A stretch of DNA of 64,000 bases from Elusimicrobiota bacterium (lineage in GTDB: Bacteria > Elusimicrobiota > Elusimicrobia > JACQJP01): positions 2,098-66,097 of the forward strand of contig JACQJP010000055.1 of assembly GCA_016204975.1 (NCBI GenBank), given 5' to 3'. Shown here piece by piece: positions 29,964 through 38,992 of the stretch. Made by a program: the position numbers and the translations under genes. How positions within the stretch are numbered: the first letter of the stretch is position 1; the number at the start of each line of letters is the position of its first letter. The notes beneath the pieces were generated by a model that was given only the letters and a program-made list of their open reading frames with translations, did not search any database and was not told where the DNA came from.

Positions 29964-30560
29964 ATGCCGCAACTTCCATCCAAAAAAGACATCCTGGAAA
30001 CCCTCCTCTTCATTACCGACCGCCCGGTAGCTCTTGCGGAGTTGGCCCACATTCTCCAGGAAGAGCAGCCTGTGGCCCGCACCCTGATCCAGGACTTAAG
30101 GCGCGAATATGCCCAGAGAAAATCCCCCATCCAGATATTGGAGGTGGCGGGGGGATTTCAGATGGCCACCCGGCCGGAATATGTCCCGCAGATCCGGCAG
30201 CTCTACCAGGAAAAGATGACGACCCGGCTGACCACGGCGGGACTGGAGACCCTCTCCATCATCACCTATCGGCAACCCATCACCCGAGCGGAGATCGAGC
30301 AGGTCCGGGGGGTGGAGGTGATTGCCTCTCTGGAAACCCTGCTGGAAAAACGCCTGATTGCAGTCGTGGGCAGGAAGGAAACCATCGGCAGGCCGCTCCT
30401 CTACGGCACGACGGAGGAGTTCTTAAAACGCTTCGGGCTCAACGCCTTGAAGGACCTGCCGCCCTTCGAGAAGTTTCTCCCGCAAAAAGAGCAAACCGCC
30501 GCCCCCGCCGTATCAGAACCTACGGTCCCGGTGACCCCCGCCGACCCACCAAACTCCTAA
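29964..30560 (+). CDS. scpB: Segregation and condensation protein B
   Basis: LETLSIITYRQPITRAEIEQVRGV, GRPLLYGTTEEFL. Confidence 0.96.
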   Translation: MPQLPSKKDILETLLFITDRPVALAELAHILQEEQPVARTLIQDLRREYAQRKSPIQILEVAGGFQMATRPEYVPQIRQLYQEKMTTRLTTAGLETLSIITYRQPITRAEIEQVRGVEVIASLETLLEKRLIAVVGRKETIGRPLLYGTTEEFLKRFGLNALKDLPPFEKFLPQKEQTAAPAVSEPTVPVTPADPPNS

Positions 30561-31864
30561 GGAGAAAAAACCTGAGGTTGGCCGGTGCGGAAGGCGCCGG
30601 CCTTGAGCTTTTCCCGGCTCAAATCATAAAAGCGATCCAGCAGCCCGACCTCGGCGAGAATTCCCATTCCTCTCAGAAAATTCCCGCTCCCCGGTGGAGC
30701 GCCCTCTTTTCGGCCTCCGTCATGGTAGTCCGCGCCCGGCGTATAGGTCAGTCCCTTGCCCTGCGCCATGCGAATCAAATGCGCAAAAATCCAACCCACC
30801 CTGGCATCCTTCCGGAAATAGCTGAAACGAAGCGCCTCCAGGGCGGTGAGAAAATCCTTGGCGTATTGGTCCAGAAACTCTCCCAGCCTGGGGATTCCAA
30901 AGGGATGGGCGATGGAAATGCCTCCGCCGGCCTCCAGGATGGCCTCCGCGCCTTCCCGGAAGGAGATGGGTTGCAAAGAAACGTAAGCCGGATTCTTGCT
31001 CCCATCAGGCAACGTCGGCTCCAAATAGCGGTCAAAGGCCTGTCGGGTGTCTTTGGCGTATTTTCCTTTCTTCAGCTTGACGATGGCCCGAGCCACGATG
31101 GGATCGCCCCCCGTTCCCTGCTCCCCCTGGGGCATCTCCTTGAGGACCTGTCGCAAGGTGATGGGGAGCGGCTCCGGCACCGCCAGCTTGGAGAGCTTCT
31201 CCACCTGCTCCTCCATGCGCGACATACGCCTTCGGCGATTTTCGTTAACCCTCCGGATCAAGAGCTTGTTTTTGGGATCAATGAACATTCCCAAAAGGTG
31301 CATGGCTCGACGATACTTCTTGGAAGGGGCGGAAACGCTCAACTCCACTCCCGGAATAACGATCATGCCGGGAAATTTTGCGCCCACCTCCTTGCGAATT
31401 TTTTCCACCACCTGCTCGGCCAGGGGAATCCCGCTTAAATTTTCATGGTCCGAGATGGTCAGGGCCTGAAGCCATTTGGAAAATGCCAGCCGGACCACCT
31501 CCTCAGCGGTGTCCTCGCCGTCCGAAAAATTGGTGTGCAGATGCCCATCCCAGTAGAAGCTCCGGCCCTCGGGATTGACCCGGATGCGAACCTTGCCGAG
31601 GTTGCCGACCAGCACCTCCCTCTCCTCCCACTGTCCCACATCCTCGCCTCGAATGGCCTGACGCTCCAGAGCGGCGGGGAATTCCGAAACAGGCGCCTCC
31701 CCCAACCGGTCCAGCCCAAAATCCCTCGCCGGAACACCGATGGAGCCGCTGGGGGCATAAATCCCAGGGCCTTTCCACGGCCTCGCCCTTCCGCGCTGGC
31801 CCCATCCACCGGCAGGAAGGCAAAGAGTCAGTAAGAAAAACAAAATCAGACGCTTCGGTGCCAT
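30557..31864 (-). CDS. PHP-domain phosphoesterase (TrpH/YciV-like) with N-terminal signal peptide
   Basis: HLHTNFSDG, ISDHE, IPGVEL, HLLG, AHP, GADYH; start at ATG 31864 (MAPKRLILFFLLTLCL). Confidence 0.8.
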   Translation of the reverse strand: MAPKRLILFFLLTLCLPAGGWGQRGRARPWKGPGIYAPSGSIGVPARDFGLDRLGEAPVSEFPAALERQAIRGEDVGQWEEREVLVGNLGKVRIRVNPEGRSFYWDGHLHTNFSDGEDTAEEVVRLAFSKWLQALTISDHENLSGIPLAEQVVEKIRKEVGAKFPGMIVIPGVELSVSAPSKKYRRAMHLLGMFIDPKNKLLIRRVNENRRRRMSRMEEQVEKLSKLAVPEPLPITLRQVLKEMPQGEQGTGGDPIVARAIVKLKKGKYAKDTRQAFDRYLEPTLPDGSKNPAYVSLQPISFREGAEAILEAGGGISIAHPFGIPRLGEFLDQYAKDFLTALEALRFSYFRKDARVGWIFAHLIRMAQGKGLTYTPGADYHDGGRKEGAPPGSGNFLRGMGILAEVGLLDRFYDLSREKLKAGAFRTGQPQVFSP

Positions 31865-31973
31865 TCCCCTGATTGTAGGAGAAACCCACCCGGGGACACA
31901 TGAGCCCTTTGGGCCTTTGGGGGAGGGCAAAAGACCCACCCCAAAATGGGTCCAAAGTCCCAGGTCAGTAAGT

Positions 31974-31998
31974 CCCCAATTCCATTTTGCCAAAGCCC
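31974..31998 (+). repeat. Degenerate solo end of the MITE-like element
   Basis: CCCCAATTCCATTTTGCCAAAGCCC versus CCCCAATTCCATTTTGCAAAAGTCC at 55311-55335. Confidence 0.7.
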
Positions 31999-32024
31999 GC
32001 AATAAATATACAATTCCAAAAACA

Positions 32025-33488
32025 ATGAAAATCGCCCTGGCGGCCAGCGAGGCGGTGCCCTACGCCAAAACAGGGGGGCTGGCGGATGTGGTGGGCGCCC
32101 TGGCCAAGCTCCTGCCCCAAAACAACTGCCAAACCCTCCTCTTTCTACCCAAGTACAAATCCATCGAGGAGCAGCGATGGAAGCTCCGGCGCCTACCGGG
32201 GAGCCTCGCCGTTCCCGTCGGCTCCCGGCAGGAACCGGCCACCCTGTTTCGGAAAGATCAGGGAAGGCTGAAGGTCTATTTCATCGCCCACCCCCGCTAC
32301 TTCGAGCGCGAGGGACTCTATACTGCGCCCCAAGGAGATTATCCGGACAACGACGAGCGCTTTCTCTTCTTCAGCCGGGCCGTGCTGGAGAGTCTGAAAA
32401 AATTGGGATGGCAGCCGGACATCCTGCACTGCCACGACTGGCAGACCGCCCTGATCTGCGCTTATCTTGAGACCCTTTACCGCGAGGATCCCTTCTTCCG
32501 CCGGACCGGCACCCTGCTCAGCCTTCACAACCTCGCCTACCAAGGTCTTTTTCCCAAAGAGTCTTTGCTGAAGGCGGGATTTGGATGGGGGGAATTCACC
32601 CCGGAGAAATTTGAATTCTACGGGTGCATGAGCTTCTTAAAAGCGGGGATCGTCTCGGCGGACCTGTTGACCACCGTCAGCCCCACCTACGCCCGGGAGA
32701 TCCAATCGGACCCCGAAAAGGGCAAGGGGTTGGAAGGGGTGCTCCAAAAAAGATCGCAAGACCTGACCGGCATACTCAACGGTTTGGACATCCAGCTTTG
32801 GACCCCCTCCAAAGACCCCCACCTGAGCTGCCGCTACTCCGCTTCCACAGTCCTCAAGAAAAAGCCCCTCTGCAAGGAGTTTCTACAGAAAAGATGCGGC
32901 TGGACCCCGTCCCCCACAACCCCTCTTCTGGGAATCGTCTCCCGATTGGACCCCCAAAAAGGAATTGACCTGGCCTGCGAGGTGCTCCTGCCTTACCTCA
33001 AAGAAAAGAGTCTTCGGACCGTCCTGCTGGGCTGTGGGGATTGCGCCCTCCAGGAAACCCTTCGGGAGCTGGCCCGGCGGCATCCGGAGCAGATATTCGT
33101 CTCCAATGACTTCGACGAACCCCTGGCCCACCAGATCTACGCCGGATGCGACTTCTTCCTGATGCCCTCGCGCTTTGAGCCCTGCGGCCTGGGACAGATG
33201 ATCGCCATGCGCTATGGAACCCCGCCCATCGTGGTCCGGACGGGGGGCCTGGCGGACACCCTCCGGGATCCAAAATCCCACCCGGAACAGGCCACGGGCT
33301 TTCTGGCGGAAGCTCCCACCTCAAGCGCCGTCCAAGAGGCTTTGGAACGAGCGCTCCAAACCTGGCGCCAACCCGAACAATACCGCCGGATGGTCCACAA
33401 CGCCATCCGGCAGGACTTCTCCTGGAAAAAGTCCATCCCCCTCTATCTGGAAACTTACCAAAGAGCTCTTTTCAAGAAGTCGAAGTGA
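32025..33488 (+). CDS. glgA: Glycogen synthase
   Basis: KTGGLADV, HCHDWQT, HNLAYQG, PSRFEPCGLGQM, TGGLADT. Confidence 0.97.
   Translation: MKIALAASEAVPYAKTGGLADVVGALAKLLPQNNCQTLLFLPKYKSIEEQRWKLRRLPGSLAVPVGSRQEPATLFRKDQGRLKVYFIAHPRYFEREGLYTAPQGDYPDNDERFLFFSRAVLESLKKLGWQPDILHCHDWQTALICAYLETLYREDPFFRRTGTLLSLHNLAYQGLFPKESLLKAGFGWGEFTPEKFEFYGCMSFLKAGIVSADLLTTVSPTYAREIQSDPEKGKGLEGVLQKRSQDLTGILNGLDIQLWTPSKDPHLSCRYSASTVLKKKPLCKEFLQKRCGWTPSPTTPLLGIVSRLDPQKGIDLACEVLLPYLKEKSLRTVLLGCGDCALQETLRELARRHPEQIFVSNDFDEPLAHQIYAGCDFFLMPSRFEPCGLGQMIAMRYGTPPIVVRTGGLADTLRDPKSHPEQATGFLAEAPTSSAVQEALERALQTWRQPEQYRRMVHNAIRQDFSWKKSIPLYLETYQRALFKKSK
33420..33481 (+). repeat. 62-bp direct repeat, left copy (3' end of glgA)
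   Basis: 60/62 identical to 35527-35588. Confidence 0.95.
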
Positions 33489-33694
33489 CTCAAGCTGCAG
33501 CAGAAGTCCCAAAGTAGCCGGCCACTCACTGCTGAAGTAGGCCCTCTGGCCTCTATTCCTAGGACTTTCGTCCTACCTCAAAAGTAGGTCCTTTTTCTTA
33601 AATTTTTTTCCCTTTTGGCCTATGGAAAACTAAATGGGCTGTGATAAAATTCCGATCGTTGTAGAAAGTGACACAAGCAGGAGGAACAGCCAAA

Positions 33695-34741
33695 ATGAAA
33701 AACTGGATTGTTGCATTTGCACTCCTTCTAAGCTTCGAGCCCACATGGAGCCAAACAACTACTCAAGATTCCACAAGCGACTTTTCTAAAATTCTGTCTA
33801 CTCCCAAAGCCAGAACTGTGGTTGAGACGTTCTTTGAGCAAGATCCAATACTGGCTCAAAGCCCATACGTAGGCAGTACCTATTTGCATCATTTGGGTGT
33901 ATTCCGCTGGCTTTTGACTATGAGCTCCGAGGAACTAGCGACTCAGCTGAGGATTGATAAGGAAGAAGCTGAGCAAGTTCAATCTAGAGCTAGAATAGTG
34001 TACAACACATTAGAGATTGCCTCAGCACAAGGAGCGGTAAGCGACGTAGCAACCAATCTGCTAGCAGAAATCAATATCAATTCGGCTCATATTGAGAGCT
34101 CACCTTCCCAAAGGCAGGGGGTAGAAGAAGAAGGTGGAAAACAGTCCGGAGGTTTCTCTTGGATTGAGAGGACGAACCTCAAACAGAGCGGCATTGCTTC
34201 TACGGGGGTGATGGTTCTGATTGGCGGGGGCGAGGGCATCGTCCCAGAGCCTTTCCGGCAAGACATCCGCTGCTGTAATGTGGGTTCTAACGGTCGGTAC
34301 ACGCTGAAGGGGGGCGGCGCCCATGTCCTTTTCGGTGTGCCATTCAACTCCTGGTCTGAGGGGCGCTTGTCCGTAGGGGCCTTCTTGAACGACAGCCCCA
34401 TTCAGAGTTGGCTAGCCTCTTCGAATCTAGAGGATTATGATCAAGATTCAGCTGTGATTCTGAATCTTGAGGCATTGGTCAAGCCGGTGAGGTTTTTTCA
34501 ACTTATGGCTCCCTATGTGGGAGGAGGCCTGGGATTTGCGACAGATGGGCTATGGTTTCCTGTTACAGTTGGGGTGGATTTCAAATTGAGCAGGTCCCTG
34601 AACCTTCTTGTCGAGCATAAGAGATTCCTTCCTGGACTGGGCCGGGCTTTGGATCAAACGAATAAGATTCCAAGCACTTGGGTTCGTTCCCTCCAAGCAT
34701 ATGCTGTGGGCTTGGTTTATACATTTCGGGATAAGGAATAG
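33695..34741 (+). CDS. Exported protein with C-terminal outer-membrane beta-barrel-like domain
   Basis: GGAGG SD, signal peptide, PYVGGGLG...GVDFKLS...AVGLVYTF amphipathic strands; AT-richer codon usage. Confidence 0.65.
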   Translation: MKNWIVAFALLLSFEPTWSQTTTQDSTSDFSKILSTPKARTVVETFFEQDPILAQSPYVGSTYLHHLGVFRWLLTMSSEELATQLRIDKEEAEQVQSRARIVYNTLEIASAQGAVSDVATNLLAEININSAHIESSPSQRQGVEEEGGKQSGGFSWIERTNLKQSGIASTGVMVLIGGGEGIVPEPFRQDIRCCNVGSNGRYTLKGGGAHVLFGVPFNSWSEGRLSVGAFLNDSPIQSWLASSNLEDYDQDSAVILNLEALVKPVRFFQLMAPYVGGGLGFATDGLWFPVTVGVDFKLSRSLNLLVEHKRFLPGLGRALDQTNKIPSTWVRSLQAYAVGLVYTFRDKE

Positions 34742-34806
34742 CGTCTGTAACTTCCCAAGCCTCATTCCATCGTCGCTGGACCCCATAGCTACACTAAATA
34801 AAATCC

Positions 34807-34835
34807 TTGACAGGAGTGGTTTCTAATGTTAAACT
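34807..34835 (+). promoter_or_regulatory. Sigma70-type promoter of the TA operon
   Basis: TTGACA-17bp-TAAACT with TGn. Confidence 0.7.
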
Positions 34836-34866
34836 ATTGTTGAACAAATAGCCAGGGAGGCTCTTT

Positions 34867-35232
34867 ATGAACGCAGTGACCTTACTCAAAGAAATGGAAA
34901 CCCTTGGAGCGAGGGAGTTCCGGCATAGACTTGATAAGATGCTTAGAAACCCTTCCCGTCCCTGCCGTGTCATGCTCCACAATAAACCCACCTTTGTTGT
35001 TTTGCCCGATGGAGACTTTCTCCAGATTATGGAAGTAATCGAAGAGATTAAAGATTCGGGCCTGTGGAAGAAAACAGTCCAGAAGCTCCAGAAGGAAAGC
35101 AAGAAGAAACACCCCTGGTTCTGGAGCAAGGAATGGCAAAAGAAGGAAAGGGAGGTAGACCAGGAGATCAAGGCTGGCCGGGTCCATCGCTCCAGCTCCG
35201 TTGAAGAATTCCTCAAAGAGCTCAAGGCGTGA
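34867..35232 (+). CDS. Type II antitoxin (Phd/YefM-like N-terminus)
   Basis: GAREFRHRLDKML..HNKPTFVVL; C-terminal WFWSKEWQKKEREVDQEIKAGRV; overlaps the toxin start. Confidence 0.75.
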   Translation: MNAVTLLKEMETLGAREFRHRLDKMLRNPSRPCRVMLHNKPTFVVLPDGDFLQIMEVIEEIKDSGLWKKTVQKLQKESKKKHPWFWSKEWQKKEREVDQEIKAGRVHRSSSVEEFLKELKA

Positions 35233-35489
35233 TTATCAGGTGGACCCATAAGGCCAAGGAGGACTACCAATCCCTTCCTGAGGCCATTCAAGAGAAGGCT
35301 GATAAAGCGTTTCGACTTTGCCAGCGCAATCCCAGGCATCCCTCTCTCCATGTAGAAAAGATCGACCATAAAAGAGACATTTGGTCGGCCCGTATAGATC
35401 TGAATTACCGATTCACTTTCCAATGGGTTCATGGCGGTATCTTCGTCAGGCGGATCGCCTCTCACCAGGAGGCTTACCGAAGGCCTTAG
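35229..35489 (+). CDS. Type II toxin, RelE/ParE superfamily
   Basis: 86 aa; NPRHPSLHVEKI, WSARIDLNYRFTF, IASH; GTGA overlap. Confidence 0.85.
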   Translation: MIIRWTHKAKEDYQSLPEAIQEKADKAFRLCQRNPRHPSLHVEKIDHKRDIWSARIDLNYRFTFQWVHGGIFVRRIASHQEAYRRP

Positions 35490-35526
35490 GTGGCGCGGGC
35501 TTTGGGTAGGCACCTGTTCGTTGATT

Positions 35527-35588
35527 TCCTGGAAAAAGTCCATCCCCCTCTATCTGGAAACTTACCAAAAAGCTCTTTCCAAGAAGTC
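35527..35588 (+). repeat. 62-bp direct repeat, right copy (displaced glgA 3' end)
   Basis: Encodes SWKKSIPLYLETYQKALSKK and continues SRP-stop (TGA 35596-35598). Confidence 0.95.
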
Positions 35589-35594
35589 TCGACC

Positions 35595-35623
35595 TTGAAA
35601 AACCACCAGGCCTCTGTTATACT
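35595..35623 (+). promoter_or_regulatory. Sigma70-type promoter upstream of the ftsX-envC fusion
   Basis: TTGAAA-17bp-TATACT with TGn. Confidence 0.65.
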
Positions 35624-35664
35624 CACTTCAGAAATTCTCTGTCAAAGAGATTGAGAGGCGCGCG

Positions 35665-37560
35665 ATGCTCCAGAGATTGCTTTGGGAGCGGTGGTCCTAT
35701 TTGGCCTGTCTTTTAGGATGCCTTTTAGGAATCGGGGGGGGGTATCTTTCCCTCACCCATCGCCACGCGCGGCAAGCGGAGCAGGCCTTACGCAAAGAGT
35801 TCCGGGTCCTGGTATTCCTCTCGGACGGCAAAAAGGCCGACCCCTCCTCCTGGCGCCGCCGTCTGGGCGCTTTTCCGGAAATCCGCAGCGCCCGGTACCT
35901 CTCTAAAACAGATGCCCTCCGGGAGATGGAGAGGGCGGACCCCGAAGCGGGGCAGGCCCTGCGCGGGCTGCCGGAAAATCCCCTGTCAGCCTTCTTCTCC
36001 ATTGAGCTTAAGCCCCGGGCTTTTTCCCAGCTTTCTCTGCTGCAAAGGAAACTAGAGGTGCTCCCATTCGTGCAATCCGTTCACGCCCCCCAGGCCCCGG
36101 CCCAAACCATTCTCCAGTTGCAGCGCTACCAGCGCCTGGCGGAGGTGGCCGGCTCCGCGTGCCTGTTTCTGCTTGCCGTCCTGCTGTTTATCTCCTTTTA
36201 TCTGCTCTGGCGGCACAGTCCGGACTCTCCGGAAGCGATACGCCGCGGCCTTCTTTTCTCTTGCCTGTCCCTCTGCTTTGGACTGGCGAGCTGGGAACTG
36301 ATCCAGCTTCTGGCGCCCCCCATCCAGACCCCCTCCCCATTGACTCCAACTGTTTTCCCATCGGGACTGCTTCTGCCGGCCATGAGTTTTGCCGCCTCAG
36401 GATGGATCCTGGCCATCTGGAGTCAGGGAAATGCGAGGGGTGCGCCCCCGGGATTGGCCGGTCTCATGGTTCTCTCCCTCCTGGCCCCGGAAGCCCTCTA
36501 CAGCCAGCCGGGGAAACTGAGCCAAAACCGGGAGGAACTGAGCGCAGTGCAACAAAAGATCCAAAAGAAAAGCGCCAGCCTTCAGAAAACGCAAAAACAG
36601 GAATCGCAGCTGGAGAAGTCCCTGCAGGTACTTCAGGAAGATCTGCAAAGCTCTTTTCAAAACGCGGAGAGGCTGGACGGCCGTATCGCCCGGCTTCAGA
36701 CGCAGCAGGAACGTCTCGAGGAAAAAGAAGAAGTTTTACAACAAACCATCCAGGACCAGAAAAAGCACCTTGGGGAATCCGCCCGGCGATACCAAAAACA
36801 GCCGGACCCCCTGCTTGTTTTCCATCGCACCGCCCTTCTGAGACAAATCTCTGAGTTCCGGGAACTGGAGCAAAAAGAGTCCGGTCTGGCGGACTCCCTG
36901 GAAAAACTGGGTCAAAATGCGCAAGAGCTCCGCCGCCGCCGGCAACAGGCCTTGGGAGAAAACGAGCGAGCCAAAGAACGCTATGCGAAGGCCCAGGAAA
37001 AAATGGATCTCGCCCAGGAGAGAAAACGAAGGCTCTCTCAATCCCTGGCCCAACTCCATCGCTCCGCCCAAAATCTGGAGTTCTTAATCGAGCGCCTCCA
37101 AAAATCCTCCCACAGCCCCCGGCGTCTGGCCTGGAAAAGGCGGGAACTTCCCTGGCCGGTCCGGGGAGATCCCCTGAACCGCTTCGGCAAGCAAAAACAT
37201 CCGGAGCTGGACTCTTGGATTCTTCACAACGGAATCCACGTCCGCACGGACCCCCGTTCCCCCGTCCGGGCGGTGGAGGCGGGCCAGGTCCTCTACCGAG
37301 GGCCCTTCGGATCCTATGGCTCCATCGTCCTGCTCCGCCACGACTCCCAACTTTTCACCATCTACGGCGGCCTCCAGGAGATCCGTGTTCAAGAAAAAGA
37401 GAAGGTGCCGGCGGGGGGTGTTTTGGGGCTGGCAGGCACCGCCCCCACCGGGATCTGGAACCCCCTGCCCAAGGAGCCGGCGGGAATCGTCTATTTTGAA
37501 ATCCGGCAAAACGGAGACCCGGTGGACCCGCTCACCTGGCTAAGGACCCGATCCGACTAA
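35665..37560 (+). CDS. FtsX-like domain fused to EnvC-like coiled coil and degenerate M23 domain
   Basis: VLVFL..YLSKTDALREM..LPENPLSAFFSIEL (FtsX loop), TMs, coiled coil, LPWPVRG..HNGIH..YGSIVLLRH..VYFEIRQNGDPVDP. Confidence 0.8.
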   Translation: MLQRLLWERWSYLACLLGCLLGIGGGYLSLTHRHARQAEQALRKEFRVLVFLSDGKKADPSSWRRRLGAFPEIRSARYLSKTDALREMERADPEAGQALRGLPENPLSAFFSIELKPRAFSQLSLLQRKLEVLPFVQSVHAPQAPAQTILQLQRYQRLAEVAGSACLFLLAVLLFISFYLLWRHSPDSPEAIRRGLLFSCLSLCFGLASWELIQLLAPPIQTPSPLTPTVFPSGLLLPAMSFAASGWILAIWSQGNARGAPPGLAGLMVLSLLAPEALYSQPGKLSQNREELSAVQQKIQKKSASLQKTQKQESQLEKSLQVLQEDLQSSFQNAERLDGRIARLQTQQERLEEKEEVLQQTIQDQKKHLGESARRYQKQPDPLLVFHRTALLRQISEFRELEQKESGLADSLEKLGQNAQELRRRRQQALGENERAKERYAKAQEKMDLAQERKRRLSQSLAQLHRSAQNLEFLIERLQKSSHSPRRLAWKRRELPWPVRGDPLNRFGKQKHPELDSWILHNGIHVRTDPRSPVRAVEAGQVLYRGPFGSYGSIVLLRHDSQLFTIYGGLQEIRVQEKEKVPAGGVLGLAGTAPTGIWNPLPKEPAGIVYFEIRQNGDPVDPLTWLRTRSD

Positions 37561-37589
37561 AGGGCCCGATCTTACCAAAGGAGCAACCG

Positions 37590-38960
37590 ATGAAAAAAAT
37601 CCATCCTGTGGGACCCGACTACGGTCGGGGAGTGCCGGCTCAACACGCCGTTGGGGCCCGGCCTCTCAAAACCGTTTTAGGAGCCCTGCTGATCCTTCCG
37701 GCGCTCTATTTCCTTCCCAAGGCCTACTCGGCGGTGGATCGAACCTATGAGCAGATCAAAATTCTGGTGGACATCTTGGACTATATCCGTGACAACTACG
37801 TGGAGGAGACCGAGACCCAGGAACTGATCTACGGCGCCGCCCAGGGCATGGTCCGCAGCCTAGACGACTTCTCCCAGTTTATGGAACCCCGTGAGCACAA
37901 GGAGATGAAAACAGAGACGGAAGGACAGTTCGGAGGCTTGGGGATCCGCATCGGCATCCGGGACGGATACTTGACCGTCATTACCCCGCTGCCTGGAACC
38001 CCCGCCTACAAGGCAGGGGTCATGCCGGGCGACCGCATCGTGAAGATCCAAAACGAAGGGGAGAAAGAACCGATCCTGGTGGACATGCAGAAGTGGACCC
38101 TCTTCGATGCGGTGGATGTGCTCCGTGGAAAGCCGGGCTCCAAGGTGGTCATCAGCGTCTCCCACCGGCAGATGGTCGAAGAGAAAGAAACCTGGAGCGA
38201 ACTGCAGGAGATCACCGTCGCCCGGGAATGGATCAAGATCCAAACCACCTACTCCAAATTCCTGGATCCGGACATCGCCTACCTGAGGCTCGTGGAGTTC
38301 ACCCAAAAGACGGTGCCGGATGCGGTTAAAGAGCTGAGGGCAAACCGCCAGAAAGGCATGCGCTCGGCGATTCTGGATCTGCGCAACAACCCAGGGGGAC
38401 TCTTGAGCTCGGCGGTAGAGTTCTCCCAGCAATTCCTAGGGCAGAACAAGCTGATCGTCTATACCCAGGGCAAAAATCCCGAAAACCGCCAGGAGTTCCG
38501 GGCCAAGACCAAGGGAGAATTCGAGGACATTCCTCTGGTGGTTTTAGTCAATGGGGGCTCCGCCTCCGGCAGCGAAATCGTAGCCGGAGCTCTCCAAGAC
38601 CACAAACGCGCCATCGTGATCGGTTCCAATACTTTCGGCAAGGCCAGCGTACAATCCGTCATTCCGCTCGCAGACGGTTCCGGGCTGCGGCTGACTGTGG
38701 CCAAATACTATACCCCCCTGGGACGCTCCATCCAAAGGGATAAAAAAACCAAGGAAGGGGGAATCCAGCCCGACATTCGAATTGAGGTCCCGAGGGAACA
38801 AGAGGCCAAGCTGCAGGCCCAGTGGCAGGAGATATACACCCCCGGGGAAGAATCCCAATCCGCCATCAAAAAAGAGGAGCAGGTCAAAGACATGCTCCTG
38901 GAGCGGGGGATAGAACTCCTCAAAGCCCGGCACGTCCTCTCCAGGCTGCAGGAAGGATAG
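37590..38960 (+). CDS. ctpA: Carboxyl-terminal processing protease, S41 family
   Basis: FGGLGI PDZ domain, ILDLRNNPGG, SASGSEIVAGALQD, TFGKASVQ. Confidence 0.95.
   Translation: MKKIHPVGPDYGRGVPAQHAVGARPLKTVLGALLILPALYFLPKAYSAVDRTYEQIKILVDILDYIRDNYVEETETQELIYGAAQGMVRSLDDFSQFMEPREHKEMKTETEGQFGGLGIRIGIRDGYLTVITPLPGTPAYKAGVMPGDRIVKIQNEGEKEPILVDMQKWTLFDAVDVLRGKPGSKVVISVSHRQMVEEKETWSELQEITVAREWIKIQTTYSKFLDPDIAYLRLVEFTQKTVPDAVKELRANRQKGMRSAILDLRNNPGGLLSSAVEFSQQFLGQNKLIVYTQGKNPENRQEFRAKTKGEFEDIPLVVLVNGGSASGSEIVAGALQDHKRAIVIGSNTFGKASVQSVIPLADGSGLRLTVAKYYTPLGRSIQRDKKTKEGGIQPDIRIEVPREQEAKLQAQWQEIYTPGEESQSAIKKEEQVKDMLLERGIELLKARHVLSRLQEG
37608..37662 (+). mobile_element. 55-bp CT-flanked mini element, copy 2 (in frame in ctpA signal n-region)
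   Basis: 53/55 identical to copy 1; CT at 37606-07 and 37663-64. Confidence 0.92.
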
Positions 38961-38992
38961 CAACCGGACCAAAGCGAGTGAGGGCGCGACCG

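Noticed and set aside
33425..33434. GAAAAAGTCC in the glgA repeat resembling the MITE terminus
   Set aside because: Only a short partial match, dictated by coding sequence (KKS); probably coincidence.
35734..35741. G8 homopolymer as a phase-variation tract
   Set aside because: Runs of 7-8 G, C or A are common throughout this window, and the frames are intact.
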